Source: Gemmatimonadota bacterium
GTDB taxonomy: Bacteria; Gemmatimonadota; Gemmatimonadetes; Longimicrobiales; Gaopeijiaceae
Length of the DNA: 45,469 nucleotides
Assembly: GCA_039656355.1 (NCBI GenBank)
Contig: JBDHMC010000001.1
Span: 1 to 45,469, forward strand
Reading direction: 5' to 3'
In this document: piece by piece, positions 25,321 through 33,149 of the stretch
How the letters are laid out: each line of letters starts with the position of its first letter
Numbering within the stretch: position 1 is the stretch's first letter
Program-made: the position numbers and the translations under genes
Notes under the pieces: generated by a model
The model's input: the letters and a program-made list of their open reading frames with translations, nothing else
The model's database searches: none
What the model was told of the DNA's origin: nothing

Positions 25321-28300
25321 TCAGATCCCTCCGCCACCCGGTCGACGATACCGGATGGGTGCCGGCGGCTCAGCTTTCAACTCTACCCGCTCCGTCTGGA
25401 GAAGTCGGAGCGCCTCCTGGATGGCCGCCTCCAACTGGGGATCACCCCCCTCGATGACCGCCTTCGGGTCGTTGTAGACCTCGATGTCCGGAGCTACACC
25501 TTCTGCCTCGATGGCCCACTCGCCGTTCACATCGAAAAATCCTCCTCTGGGCGCCACGAAGCTCCCACCGTCGATGAGGGGGGGCGTGTCCCAGGTGCCA
25601 ACCAGGCCGCCCCAGGTTTTGGCTCCAACCAAGGGGCCTACTCCCCTGAAGCGGAAGAGGTAGGGCATGAGGTCCCCACCAGATCCGGCCCGCTCGTTGA
25701 TTACCATGACCTTGGGGCCCCAAAGGCCCGCCATCGGTTGGGTAAAGGGCTTTCGGTCAGCCGCGCGGGAGTTGAAATAGCCGGTGAGTTCCCGGGCCAA
25801 TACTTCCACGATGTAGTCAGCCGCTGACCCGCCGCCATTGTTGCGTTCGTCGATGACGGCTCCCTGCCGATCCTGTTGGGCGAAGTACATCCGGTTGAAA
25901 TAAGCGTATCCCCCCTGGCCCGTGTTGGGGAGCCACACGTAGGCCAGCCGACCACCACTCATCTCGTCCACCTTTTTCTGGTTCCCAGCCACCCAGGCCC
26001 AAGTTCTCAGCTGACCCTCATTGCTTGCGGGTCGTACGATGAGCTCTGTGGCTCCATCCATGGTGGGTGTGTCGTTTAATGTGATCGAGATGGTTCTCCC
26101 CGCTGTCCCCTCGAGGAGCATGAACGGGTTGGTGGGTGCACGTAGCTCCCTTCCCTGAATCCCCAGAAGGTAGTCGCCCTCCTCCACTCCCATGCCAGGA
26201 ATGGAGAGAGGACCTTCCAACCCGGGATTCCAGTCCTCCCCGGTATAGATCCGGGAGATTCGATAGAAACCATCTACTTCCTCCAGATCCACACCCAGAA
26301 GACCCGTACGAGGTCTTTCCAGGTCGGGGTAGTCCCCCCCTCTCACATACGAGTGGCCCACAGCCACCTCACCGGAGACCATGTCCAAGAGGTGGTTGAA
26401 GTCAGATCGATGGTTCAGGTCAGGGAGCCACGCGCTGTACCAATCCCAAACGTCGTTCCAGGGCGCGCCATGGGCGTTGTCCACATAAAGGAAGTCACGC
26501 ATGAATCGCCAACCGTCCCGAAGCATCTGGGCGTACTCGGCCTTGGGATCCACCAGGATCCGAATTCCCGAGGTGGTTAGGCCATCACCCCCCTCGCGGG
26601 GAGCTGCTCCCGCGGTATTGACGACAGACCAGTCGCTTCCTGCCCTGACCAGGAGCTTCTTCCGATCGTGTGAGGCTGTGGCCGTGGAAACACCATCCAG
26701 GAAATCTTCGGCCTCAGCGTCTTCCAGACTGTAACGCCGGAGGCTGAAGCCCTGTCCCTGCGTCGCGGCCTCCGCTACGAAAACATTCCCCTCGGGTCCC
26801 TCTACCAACCCCACGTAGTTTCTGAGGGGAAGGGCAGGCACTGAGATGATCCGTCGTGCCATCCCATCGAAGTCGATGACCACGGCCGGGGCGTCGTCAC
26901 TGGAGGCTTGACCTTCAGAGGCTCCCTCTCCCTGGCCTCCCTCGCCCGTACCCCCTTCCTCTGGTTGATCCTCATCCTCCCGGGCCTTTTCTTCATCGCT
27001 CTTCGGAAGGAAGGGGGAAGGCTCATCGGCGCTGAGAAGGGCCAGGTAGAGGGCACGTGTGACGGGCCGATCATACGAGGTCATGTCCAGCCAGCCAGTA
27101 TTCAATCCGTAGTTGGTGGAGGCGAGGAAATAGAGGTATTTCCCCGAGGCATCCCAAACGGGACTGATAGCATCCGCCATTCCGTCCGTGAGTTGCCGGG
27201 TCTCACCGGCCTCGGTGTCATGAACGAAGACGGCCCGGAGTTGGTTATCCAGCCGCCGGCTGTAGGCGAGCCAGCGGGAATCGGGGGACCACACAGGATT
27301 CATGGACCGCTCCGGATGGGCAAACCGGTCGGTGTCGACATGAGTCACTTCGCCGGATTCCACGTCCAGGGTCAGGACCCGGTAGTCCGTGTCGGTAAAG
27401 GCCAGCCGGGTACCGTCCGGGGACCAGGTTGGAACGAAGTAGAAAGTGGGGTCCGAAATCTGAATCCGGCGAGGATTCGAGCCGTCCTGGTCCGCCACCA
27501 CAAGTCCGTATTCCCCACCTTCATCATTGAACCAGGCGATCTTGTCGCCGATGGGAGACCAGACCGCGTGCCGGTCCGCCACCCCCGGGCTTCGAGTGAT
27601 GTTCCGCCAGCTTCCCTCATCCACGGGCACCGTGAACAGATCACCCCGGTACTCGAAGAGTGCCCGTTTCCCGGTGGGGGAGAGCCTGGGATCTCTCAGT
27701 CCTGTGGTGGGAACCTCTTCCCATCGGGCTCGTGCCCAGGTCATGTCCCCGGCAACATTGATCACCAACTGCCTGGAAGCGCCCGTCGACGGGTTGAGCT
27801 CATGGAGATACCCACCCTGTTCATAAACCACGGCACCGTGGCCGGCACCAAGGCTCTTGACGTCGAAGTCCGAGTGGAAGGAATGCTGAGTCTCTTCCCC
27901 CGTCTGGGGATTCCACGACCACACATTTGCGGCCCAGTCCCGCTCGGAGATGTAGTAGACGACGCCGTCCATCCAGGCTGGGGACATCTGCCGCTCCCCT
28001 TCCCAAGGCGGGGTTTCCCTTTCGTAGGATTCCAGACTCACTACCGAGATGGGCTGTGCCTGCCCTCCCCGGTAGTTTCGCCACTCAGGATCCCAGAACC
28101 CGATCTCCTGATAAGCCACGTACTGGCCGTTCCCAGAGATTCCTCCGGTGTTCGCTCTCGGGATGGGAAGGGCTGTTGGAAGGCCGCCCCGGACCGGGAT
28201 AGTAAAGAACTTTGTAGATGCGGTCGGGTGACCCTCCCTCCCCGATTGGAAGAGGATGGCAGTCCCATCCGGCGTCCAGCCCTGGGCCATATCCCCCCCA

Positions 28301-28647
28301 GGATGCCAGGTTAAACGCTGGGGTCCACCCCCCGCTGCCGGAACGACGTAAACGTCGCTGTTTCCCTCGTATTCGCCTGTGAAGGCAATCCATTGGCCAT
28401 CGGGGGAAAAGTGCGGAGAGGTTTCCCCACCCGGTCCGCTGGTAAGGCGCCGCGCATCCCCGCCCTCCCGACCAACAATCCAGATATCATTGGCGTTCAC
28501 GAAGGCAATTTGCGTGGAGCTAACGGTGGGACTCCGAAGCATTCGGGTACCCTGGGCAGAGATTGGCGCCGCCACTGCGAAACCAAAAAAGCCGATCAGG
28601 GCAAGGGCGAGGGCGTTCTTGCGAACATGTTGGGTCAGATCCAGCAT
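25321..28647 (-). CDS. Tricorn protease homolog (S41 family with beta-propellers and PDZ domain), secreted
   Basis: The 1108-aa protein has a signal peptide. The N-terminus (LRSPTVSSTQIAFVNANDIWIV...SPHFSPDGQWIAFTGEYEGNSDVYVV) is typical of tricorn homologs. The C-terminal S41 region has ERNNGGGSAADY. Confidence 0.85.
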   Translation of the reverse strand: MLDLTQHVRKNALALALIGFFGFAVAAPISAQGTRMLRSPTVSSTQIAFVNANDIWIVGREGGDARRLTSGPGGETSPHFSPDGQWIAFTGEYEGNSDVYVVPAAGGGPQRLTWHPGGDMAQGWTPDGTAILFQSGREGHPTASTKFFTIPVRGGLPTALPIPRANTGGISGNGQYVAYQEIGFWDPEWRNYRGGQAQPISVVSLESYERETPPWEGERQMSPAWMDGVVYYISERDWAANVWSWNPQTGEETQHSFHSDFDVKSLGAGHGAVVYEQGGYLHELNPSTGASRQLVINVAGDMTWARARWEEVPTTGLRDPRLSPTGKRALFEYRGDLFTVPVDEGSWRNITRSPGVADRHAVWSPIGDKIAWFNDEGGEYGLVVADQDGSNPRRIQISDPTFYFVPTWSPDGTRLAFTDTDYRVLTLDVESGEVTHVDTDRFAHPERSMNPVWSPDSRWLAYSRRLDNQLRAVFVHDTEAGETRQLTDGMADAISPVWDASGKYLYFLASTNYGLNTGWLDMTSYDRPVTRALYLALLSADEPSPFLPKSDEEKAREDEDQPEEGGTGEGGQGEGASEGQASSDDAPAVVIDFDGMARRIISVPALPLRNYVGLVEGPEGNVFVAEAATQGQGFSLRRYSLEDAEAEDFLDGVSTATASHDRKKLLVRAGSDWSVVNTAGAAPREGGDGLTTSGIRILVDPKAEYAQMLRDGWRFMRDFLYVDNAHGAPWNDVWDWYSAWLPDLNHRSDFNHLLDMVSGEVAVGHSYVRGGDYPDLERPRTGLLGVDLEEVDGFYRISRIYTGEDWNPGLEGPLSIPGMGVEEGDYLLGIQGRELRAPTNPFMLLEGTAGRTISITLNDTPTMDGATELIVRPASNEGQLRTWAWVAGNQKKVDEMSGGRLAYVWLPNTGQGGYAYFNRMYFAQQDRQGAVIDERNNGGGSAADYIVEVLARELTGYFNSRAADRKPFTQPMAGLWGPKVMVINERAGSGGDLMPYLFRFRGVGPLVGAKTWGGLVGTWDTPPLIDGGSFVAPRGGFFDVNGEWAIEAEGVAPDIEVYNDPKAVIEGGDPQLEAAIQEALRLLQTERVELKAEPPAPIRYRRPGGGGI

Positions 28648-28833
28648 GAAGGTCCTCCGGGATTGGGCTAGAGTTTGGCACTAATGTGCATCGAATGAGG
28701 GCGGGTCAGAAAGGGGGCACCCCCGGGGAGGCTTGCCGAGGGTCCCATGGGGAGCCTATCCTCATCTAGGACCCAGCCTTCGAGCATCGGGCCCGGCACC
28801 CCTAGATCCAACCGCTGCATCACTTTTTGGCCC

Positions 28834-28856
28834 GCCGAAGAGAACCTCTCTTCGGC
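28834..28856. other. Perfect 10-bp stem / 3-nt loop hairpin (GCCGAAGAGA-ACC-TCTCTTCGGC) in a divergent intergenic region
   Basis: Complementarity was checked base by base. A T5 run precedes the hairpin on the plus strand, and no U-tract follows it on either strand. Confidence 0.5.
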
Positions 28857-28903
28857 CAACTGAAGAGGGACTTCCGGCGCTGGCCTGGCACCTCGGGCGG
28901 CTG

Positions 28904-28917
28904 TCGACACGTGTCGA
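28904..28917. promoter_or_regulatory. Perfect 14-bp palindrome TCGACACGTGTCGA, candidate operator
   Basis: It is an exact inverted repeat whose 3' end lies 13 nt upstream of the sensor-gene ATG (28931) and just 5' of the AAAGGAGG RBS. Confidence 0.4.
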
Positions 28918-28930
28918 AAAGGAGGTCATC

Positions 28931-29902
28931 ATGGCCGACGTCAGTTCCCGAAACCTCCAAGTACGACTGCTGATCCTGGTTTTTCTCGCCTTCATCCCCG
29001 CTCTCGGGATCTTCTGGTATGCCAACCGGGAGCTAAGGAGCCTCCAACTGGAGGCGAAGGAGCAGGAACTGGTTCAGCGGGCTCAGGAGGTGACCACCAG
29101 GTACCGCCACCTCATCGACCAGGGTGAGACAATTCTTGCCACCTTGGCGGAGTTCCCTGAGATCGAGTCCGTACGTTTCCCGGGTTGTACCCAACAGTTG
29201 GCCAGAGTACTTCAGCATATAGAGAGCTTCACCACCATTACGGTCATCGGTATGGACGGGTACATGGCCTGTGGGAGCCTGACCTCCGAGAACGCTCTCT
29301 ATTTGGGAGACCGGGCCTATTTCGTTCGGGCGACATCACGAGATCTGTTCTCGGTCGGTGAGTTTGCGCTGGGCCGCCTCACCGGGAAGCCGGTTGTTGG
29401 CATGGCCTACCCCCTGAAGGATGCAGTGACCACCGGGGCCGTCCTGGGCGCCAGCCTCGACCTGAACGTTCTCGGAGACCCCCACGGAGGTGGGGCGACA
29501 CTCCCGGAGGGGTTTACCTTCTCCGTGTTGGACCCAAACCGCAGAGTCCTAGTCCGGCTTCCCCGAACAGGGGATTTCACGCTGGCCGATTCGGTTGGCG
29601 CCATTGCGGACCCGACCTTCCCCGGGCCTCCTGAGGGATCCGGTCCGTCGATCGTCAGCGGCACTGACCTGGACGGCACGGAAAGGCTCTTCGCTGTGGC
29701 TTCTTTGCGGAGCTCCGCCGGGAACACCGAGGGTTACCTCGCCGTCGGACGCACAAGGGTGACCCTTATGCGAGAGGTAGACCAGATCGTGAGCTTGCAG
29801 CTCCGGTTCCTGGCCGTGGGCGGCATCGTCCTTCTCAGCTTGGCTTGGGCTCTGGGACACTTCTGGCTCGCCCGTTGTCCCCCGGAACCGGAGGAGGGCT
29901 AA
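28931..29902 (+). CDS. Membrane sensor-domain protein (TM - Cache-like periplasmic domain - TM) lacking any output domain
   Basis: The start follows the RBS AAAGGAGG. The topology is an N-terminal TM (LLILVFLAFIPALGIFWY), about 270 aa of extracytoplasmic region with a Cache-like pattern (GMDGYMACGS...YLGDRAYF...GKPVVGMAYPL), then a second TM (FLAVGGIVLLSLAWALGHFWL). The protein ends 12 aa after the second TM. Confidence 0.65.
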   Translation: MADVSSRNLQVRLLILVFLAFIPALGIFWYANRELRSLQLEAKEQELVQRAQEVTTRYRHLIDQGETILATLAEFPEIESVRFPGCTQQLARVLQHIESFTTITVIGMDGYMACGSLTSENALYLGDRAYFVRATSRDLFSVGEFALGRLTGKPVVGMAYPLKDAVTTGAVLGASLDLNVLGDPHGGGATLPEGFTFSVLDPNRRVLVRLPRTGDFTLADSVGAIADPTFPGPPEGSGPSIVSGTDLDGTERLFAVASLRSSAGNTEGYLAVGRTRVTLMREVDQIVSLQLRFLAVGGIVLLSLAWALGHFWLARCPPEPEEG

Positions 29903-29917
29903 ACCCGTAACCGCCCT

Positions 29918-29966
29918 CTAGGGAGGCTCTGCGCGGCTGCACCCCGCTTGCGCAGAGGCTCCCTAG
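29918..29966. repeat. GC-rich palindromic intergenic element, copy A (REP-like)
   Basis: The sequence is CTAGGGAGGCTCTGCGC-(15 nt)-GCGCAGAGGCTCCCTAG. The arms are 17 nt with one G.G mismatch. It starts 15 nt after the sensor-gene stop. A related copy is at 41159-41203. Confidence 0.7.
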
Positions 29967-30137
29967 GAGCCGGTCCGCATTGGGGTGCGTGCTTGCGCCC
30001 TGGCTTCGCGGGCCCGATCCCACGACCCTCATTGATTTATGCGGGCCCAACCCCTGGGTTCAGAGGGTTCTTTTTCGTATCCTTCCTGAATTCGAGAACG
30101 AAACCACCGTCCAGGCCAACGGGACCTTAAGACTTCC

Positions 30138-31952
30138 ATGCAACACGACACCATCGCCGTTATCGATTTCGGAGGGCAATACGCCCACCTCATCGCGACC
30201 AAGATCCGTCGCCTTGGGGTACTGGGGGAGATTCGCCAGCCGGAGGACCCCGTCGAGGCCTTCGCAGGCTACAAGGGGATCATCATCTCAGGGAGCCCAG
30301 CCCTCTCCTCTCACGGTGAAGACCAGGATTATACCAAGGGGATCTACGATCTGGACCTCCCAATTGTCGGTTTTTGCTTTGGCCACCAGGAGATTGCCAA
30401 GCACTATGGAGGTGAGGTGATTCACGGTGGTAGGGAGTGGGGCCGGGCGGATCTCCAGATCCAGGGAGAGCATCCCCTCTTTTCGGGGCTCGGTCCCTCC
30501 GAACGTGTCTGGATGAGCCACTATGACTCGGTAGCCTCCGTGGGCCCCGACTTCGACGAGCTCGGTTACACCGTGACGGCGGGCGGAGAGCACCGGTTCG
30601 CCGCCATCGGATCAGACAGCTTGAAACGATATGGTTTCCAATTCCACCCTGAAGTGGACGACACCATCCACGGAACAGAGATGATCTCCAACTTCGTCTT
30701 CGAGATCTGTGGGTGTACGGCCTCCTGGAGCATGGAGCGGTATCTGGAAGAACAGGAAGAACGGATTCGAGAGCAGGTGGGGGACGAATCGGTCTTTCTT
30801 CTGGCCTCGGGCGGTGTCGATTCCACCGTTGCCGCAGTAGTGATTGGGAAGGCTCTGGGGTCTGACCGCCTCCATCTCCTCCACATAGATAACGGCCTCA
30901 TGCGGAAGGAGGAGAGTGCTCGAGTCCTGGAGAGGTTCCGCCATATGGACCTCGGAGAAAACCTACATTTCGTGGATGCCAGTGAGACCTTCCTCGAGGC
31001 CCTCGACGGACTCGTCGGCCCGGAAGAAAAACGGCGAGCGATTGGTGACACGTTCGTAAGGGTTTTTCAGGAAACGGCCAGGGATCTACGCATTGAAGAC
31101 CACCTTCTGGGACAGGGAACCATCTATCCTGACACCATCGAGACGGGTGGAACTCGGAGGGCGGATGTCATCAAGACCCACCACAATCGGGTCCCGATCA
31201 TCGAGAAGATGATCGAGGAAGGGAAAGTGGTTGAGCCGTTGGCGGACCTCTACAAGGTGGAGGTTAGGGAGGCGGGGGAACGAATGGGGATTTCCGACGA
31301 GCTTCTTTGGCGTCACCCCTTTCCGGGACCCGGTCTGGGAGTCCGGCTCCTCTGTAACACCGGGCAGGCGGACCGAACTGGGTTCGACGTTGCCGAGCCA
31401 CTCGTATCCGAGGTGGGCCGACGTTTTGGTCTGGAGGCCCTCCTTCTCCCCATCCGCTCAGTAGGAGTCAAGGCCGATCTGAGAGCCTATGAACACCCGG
31501 TCATGCTGAGCGGATCGGCGCCTTGGGACACCCTCATCCAGGCAGCATCAGCCGTTACCAAAGAGATTCCCGGCATCAATCGCTGCATCTGGAATCTGGC
31601 GTCCGACGCTCCGTCCGTCGCCACACCGCTGGCCGCCACAGTTACCAGGGAACGCCTGGACCTCCTACGTGAGGCAGATCACATCGTCATGGGAACACTC
31701 AGGAGCCACAATCTCTATGACGATATCTGGCAGTGTCCCACGGTTCTGGTTCCGCTCCAGCTGGGAGGAATGGAGGGGGAGTTGATCGTTCTTCGACCGG
31801 TAATCTCGGAAAGGGCCATGACAGCCCGGCCCTATCCCTTGCCGGGCCCCGCCCTCGACGACCTCCGAAAGGAGATCCTGAGCCTGCCCGGGGTGTCGGG
31901 CCTGGCCCTGGATATCACTTCCAAGCCGCCGGGTACCATTGAATGGGAGTAA
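30138..31952 (+). CDS. guaA: GMP synthase (glutamine-hydrolysing), long-form C-terminus
   Basis: It has the GATase domain (IAVIDFGGQYAHLI, GFCFGHQ), the ATP-PPase P-loop (LASGGVDSTV), the KTHHN and FPGPGLGVR motifs, and the C-terminal DITSKPPGTIEWE. At 604 aa it is longer than the roughly 520-aa forms I recall. Confidence 0.9.
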   Translation: MQHDTIAVIDFGGQYAHLIATKIRRLGVLGEIRQPEDPVEAFAGYKGIIISGSPALSSHGEDQDYTKGIYDLDLPIVGFCFGHQEIAKHYGGEVIHGGREWGRADLQIQGEHPLFSGLGPSERVWMSHYDSVASVGPDFDELGYTVTAGGEHRFAAIGSDSLKRYGFQFHPEVDDTIHGTEMISNFVFEICGCTASWSMERYLEEQEERIREQVGDESVFLLASGGVDSTVAAVVIGKALGSDRLHLLHIDNGLMRKEESARVLERFRHMDLGENLHFVDASETFLEALDGLVGPEEKRRAIGDTFVRVFQETARDLRIEDHLLGQGTIYPDTIETGGTRRADVIKTHHNRVPIIEKMIEEGKVVEPLADLYKVEVREAGERMGISDELLWRHPFPGPGLGVRLLCNTGQADRTGFDVAEPLVSEVGRRFGLEALLLPIRSVGVKADLRAYEHPVMLSGSAPWDTLIQAASAVTKEIPGINRCIWNLASDAPSVATPLAATVTRERLDLLREADHIVMGTLRSHNLYDDIWQCPTVLVPLQLGGMEGELIVLRPVISERAMTARPYPLPGPALDDLRKEILSLPGVSGLALDITSKPPGTIEWE

Positions 31953-32001
31953 GGTGAGGGCTGAACCGACCAGGGGTGGTCCAGGCTAGCTTGGAGGAGA
32001 A

Positions 32002-32538
32002 CTAGCTCTCGATAATCCAGGTGAACTTGGTCGCCCCGTTGGGGAAGATGTGAGACCCCACCAGATCGACGACGGTCAACCCAAGTTCAAGGTTTTCGGT
32101 GACGAAAGCCACTCCGACGTTGAATCCACTGCGCCCCCCTCCGGACCGGTTTTCGTAGTCCAGGACATAGTCTTCTTTTTGGAAAGTGAATCCAGCAGGA
32201 AGGTACTCCTCCAGCCCTCGAGGAGCCTGGCCCGGACCCACTTCCTCAGGCCAAGCGTGGCGGTCGGATTGGTAGGTGAGGACCGCCACCTTGATGACGT
32301 TCATGTCCCCTATGACGTCGGCAGCCTCAGCTTTGACGATGGCCCCCCGCAACCGAGGCACGGCGATGCCTGCCAGAATGCTGAGGACTGCCATCACAAT
32401 GAGAAGCTCAATGAGGGTGAACCCTTTCACCGCTCGGGCCCGCCGCACCTCATGCGCCCGCCCCGCCACCCGTGCCACACGTGCCACACGTGCCACACGT
32501 GCCACCAGGAATTCCGGCCTGCTCTCTCCGGTCGCCAT
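32002..32538 (-). CDS. Prepilin-type N-terminal cleavage/methylation domain protein (type IV pilin / pseudopilin-like) with an unusually long leader
   Basis: It has the canonical KG-FTLIELLIVMAVLSILAGIAVP motif. The ATG at 32536-32538 lies 2 nt after the upstream gene's TGA. A TTG at 32544 and several in-frame GTGs are alternative starts. With the ATG start the leader is about 39 aa. Confidence 0.8.
   Translation of the reverse strand: MATGESRPEFLVARVARVARVARVAGRAHEVRRARAVKGFTLIELLIVMAVLSILAGIAVPRLRGAIVKAEAADVIGDMNVIKVAVLTYQSDRHAWPEEVGPGQAPRGLEEYLPAGFTFQKEDYVLDYENRSGGGRSGFNVGVAFVTENLELGLTVVDLVGSHIFPNGATKFTWIIES
32462..32506. repeat. 9-bp tandem repeat (CGTGCCACA x3, plus 2 degenerate units) inside the pilin leader coding region
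   Basis: Units were counted directly at 32471, 32480, 32489 and 32498, with a degenerate unit at 32462. The repeat is in frame and encodes VARVARVARVAR on the minus strand. It contains three CACGTG hexamers spaced 9 bp apart. Confidence 0.85.
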
Positions 32539-32540
32539 CG

Positions 32541-33053
32541 TCAACCCCCGTGCCTTATGACCTGGAGAGAATTCCCAAGGAAGGCCTCGAGGGAACCCGT
32601 GGACACAAACTCCACGGTACGGTCCTGGCTGGCGAGCGTGAGTCGGTAATTCTGGGCGTCGATCTGATCGTACTCCACTTCGGAAGAGGCGTCTGCGGCC
32701 TCGGAGAGATCGTTGGGTAAGCGGTCCTCGGCCTCTCGGAACTCTTCGATCAGAACAGCATGTTGGAAGACCTCCATTCGGAGCCCTGCTTCCACCAAGG
32801 CCGGAGGAAGCGCTGAGGGAGCCGTGTCCAGCCAGGAAGGAGATCCGATCCAGACATACCCGGAGAGGCCCATGGCAAGGACGAACGCGGCCCAGGTCCC
32901 CGGAGAGGCTTTTTTCTTCCCTCTTGGGGAAGCGTCCAGCCGATCCTTGGCCTTTTGGTTCTGATCCTTCAGAACGTCGGCCAGGGCCTCCGCCACGTCC
33001 GCACCCGAGACTCGGCCCCTATCTGGGCGTTGTGGGGTTTTGTTCTCTGTCAT
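32541..33053 (-). CDS. Hypothetical single-pass membrane protein
   Basis: The 170-aa protein starts at MTENKTPQRP. It has a basic N-terminus, one TM (WAAFVLAMGLSGYVWIG) and a roughly 100-aa C-terminal domain. It is tightly coupled to the pilin-like gene. Confidence 0.55.
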   Translation of the reverse strand: MTENKTPQRPDRGRVSGADVAEALADVLKDQNQKAKDRLDASPRGKKKASPGTWAAFVLAMGLSGYVWIGSPSWLDTAPSALPPALVEAGLRMEVFQHAVLIEEFREAEDRLPNDLSEAADASSEVEYDQIDAQNYRLTLASQDRTVEFVSTGSLEAFLGNSLQVIRHGG

Positions 33054-33149
33054 GAAACGAAAGTACTCCGGGAACCAGGGTCCTTGCACCCTTCCCCTGC
33101 ACAATCCAGCGGGCCAGACCATTTCAAACCCCCAGGCAGTACCCTTTGT

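Noticed and set aside
26908-28314. A 468-aa plus-strand ORF.
   Set aside because: It is entirely antisense to the well-supported tricorn protease gene. The translation is Pro/Gly/Arg-rich with no recognisable motifs. This is a typical shadow ORF in GC-rich DNA.
28668-28910. An 80-aa minus-strand ORF in the tricorn/sensor divergent region.
   Set aside because: It has no convincing RBS. Its composition resembles the GC-rich noise ORFs. It would sit inside the promoter region of both flanking genes. Without a homology search this cannot be fully excluded.
29903-30137. A purine (guanine) or ZTP riboswitch upstream of guaA.
   Set aside because: I could not find the conserved cores I recall for either class (for example, the CCGCCUGGGCA-type 3' element of ZTP). 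The observation is kept only as an unspecified structured leader.
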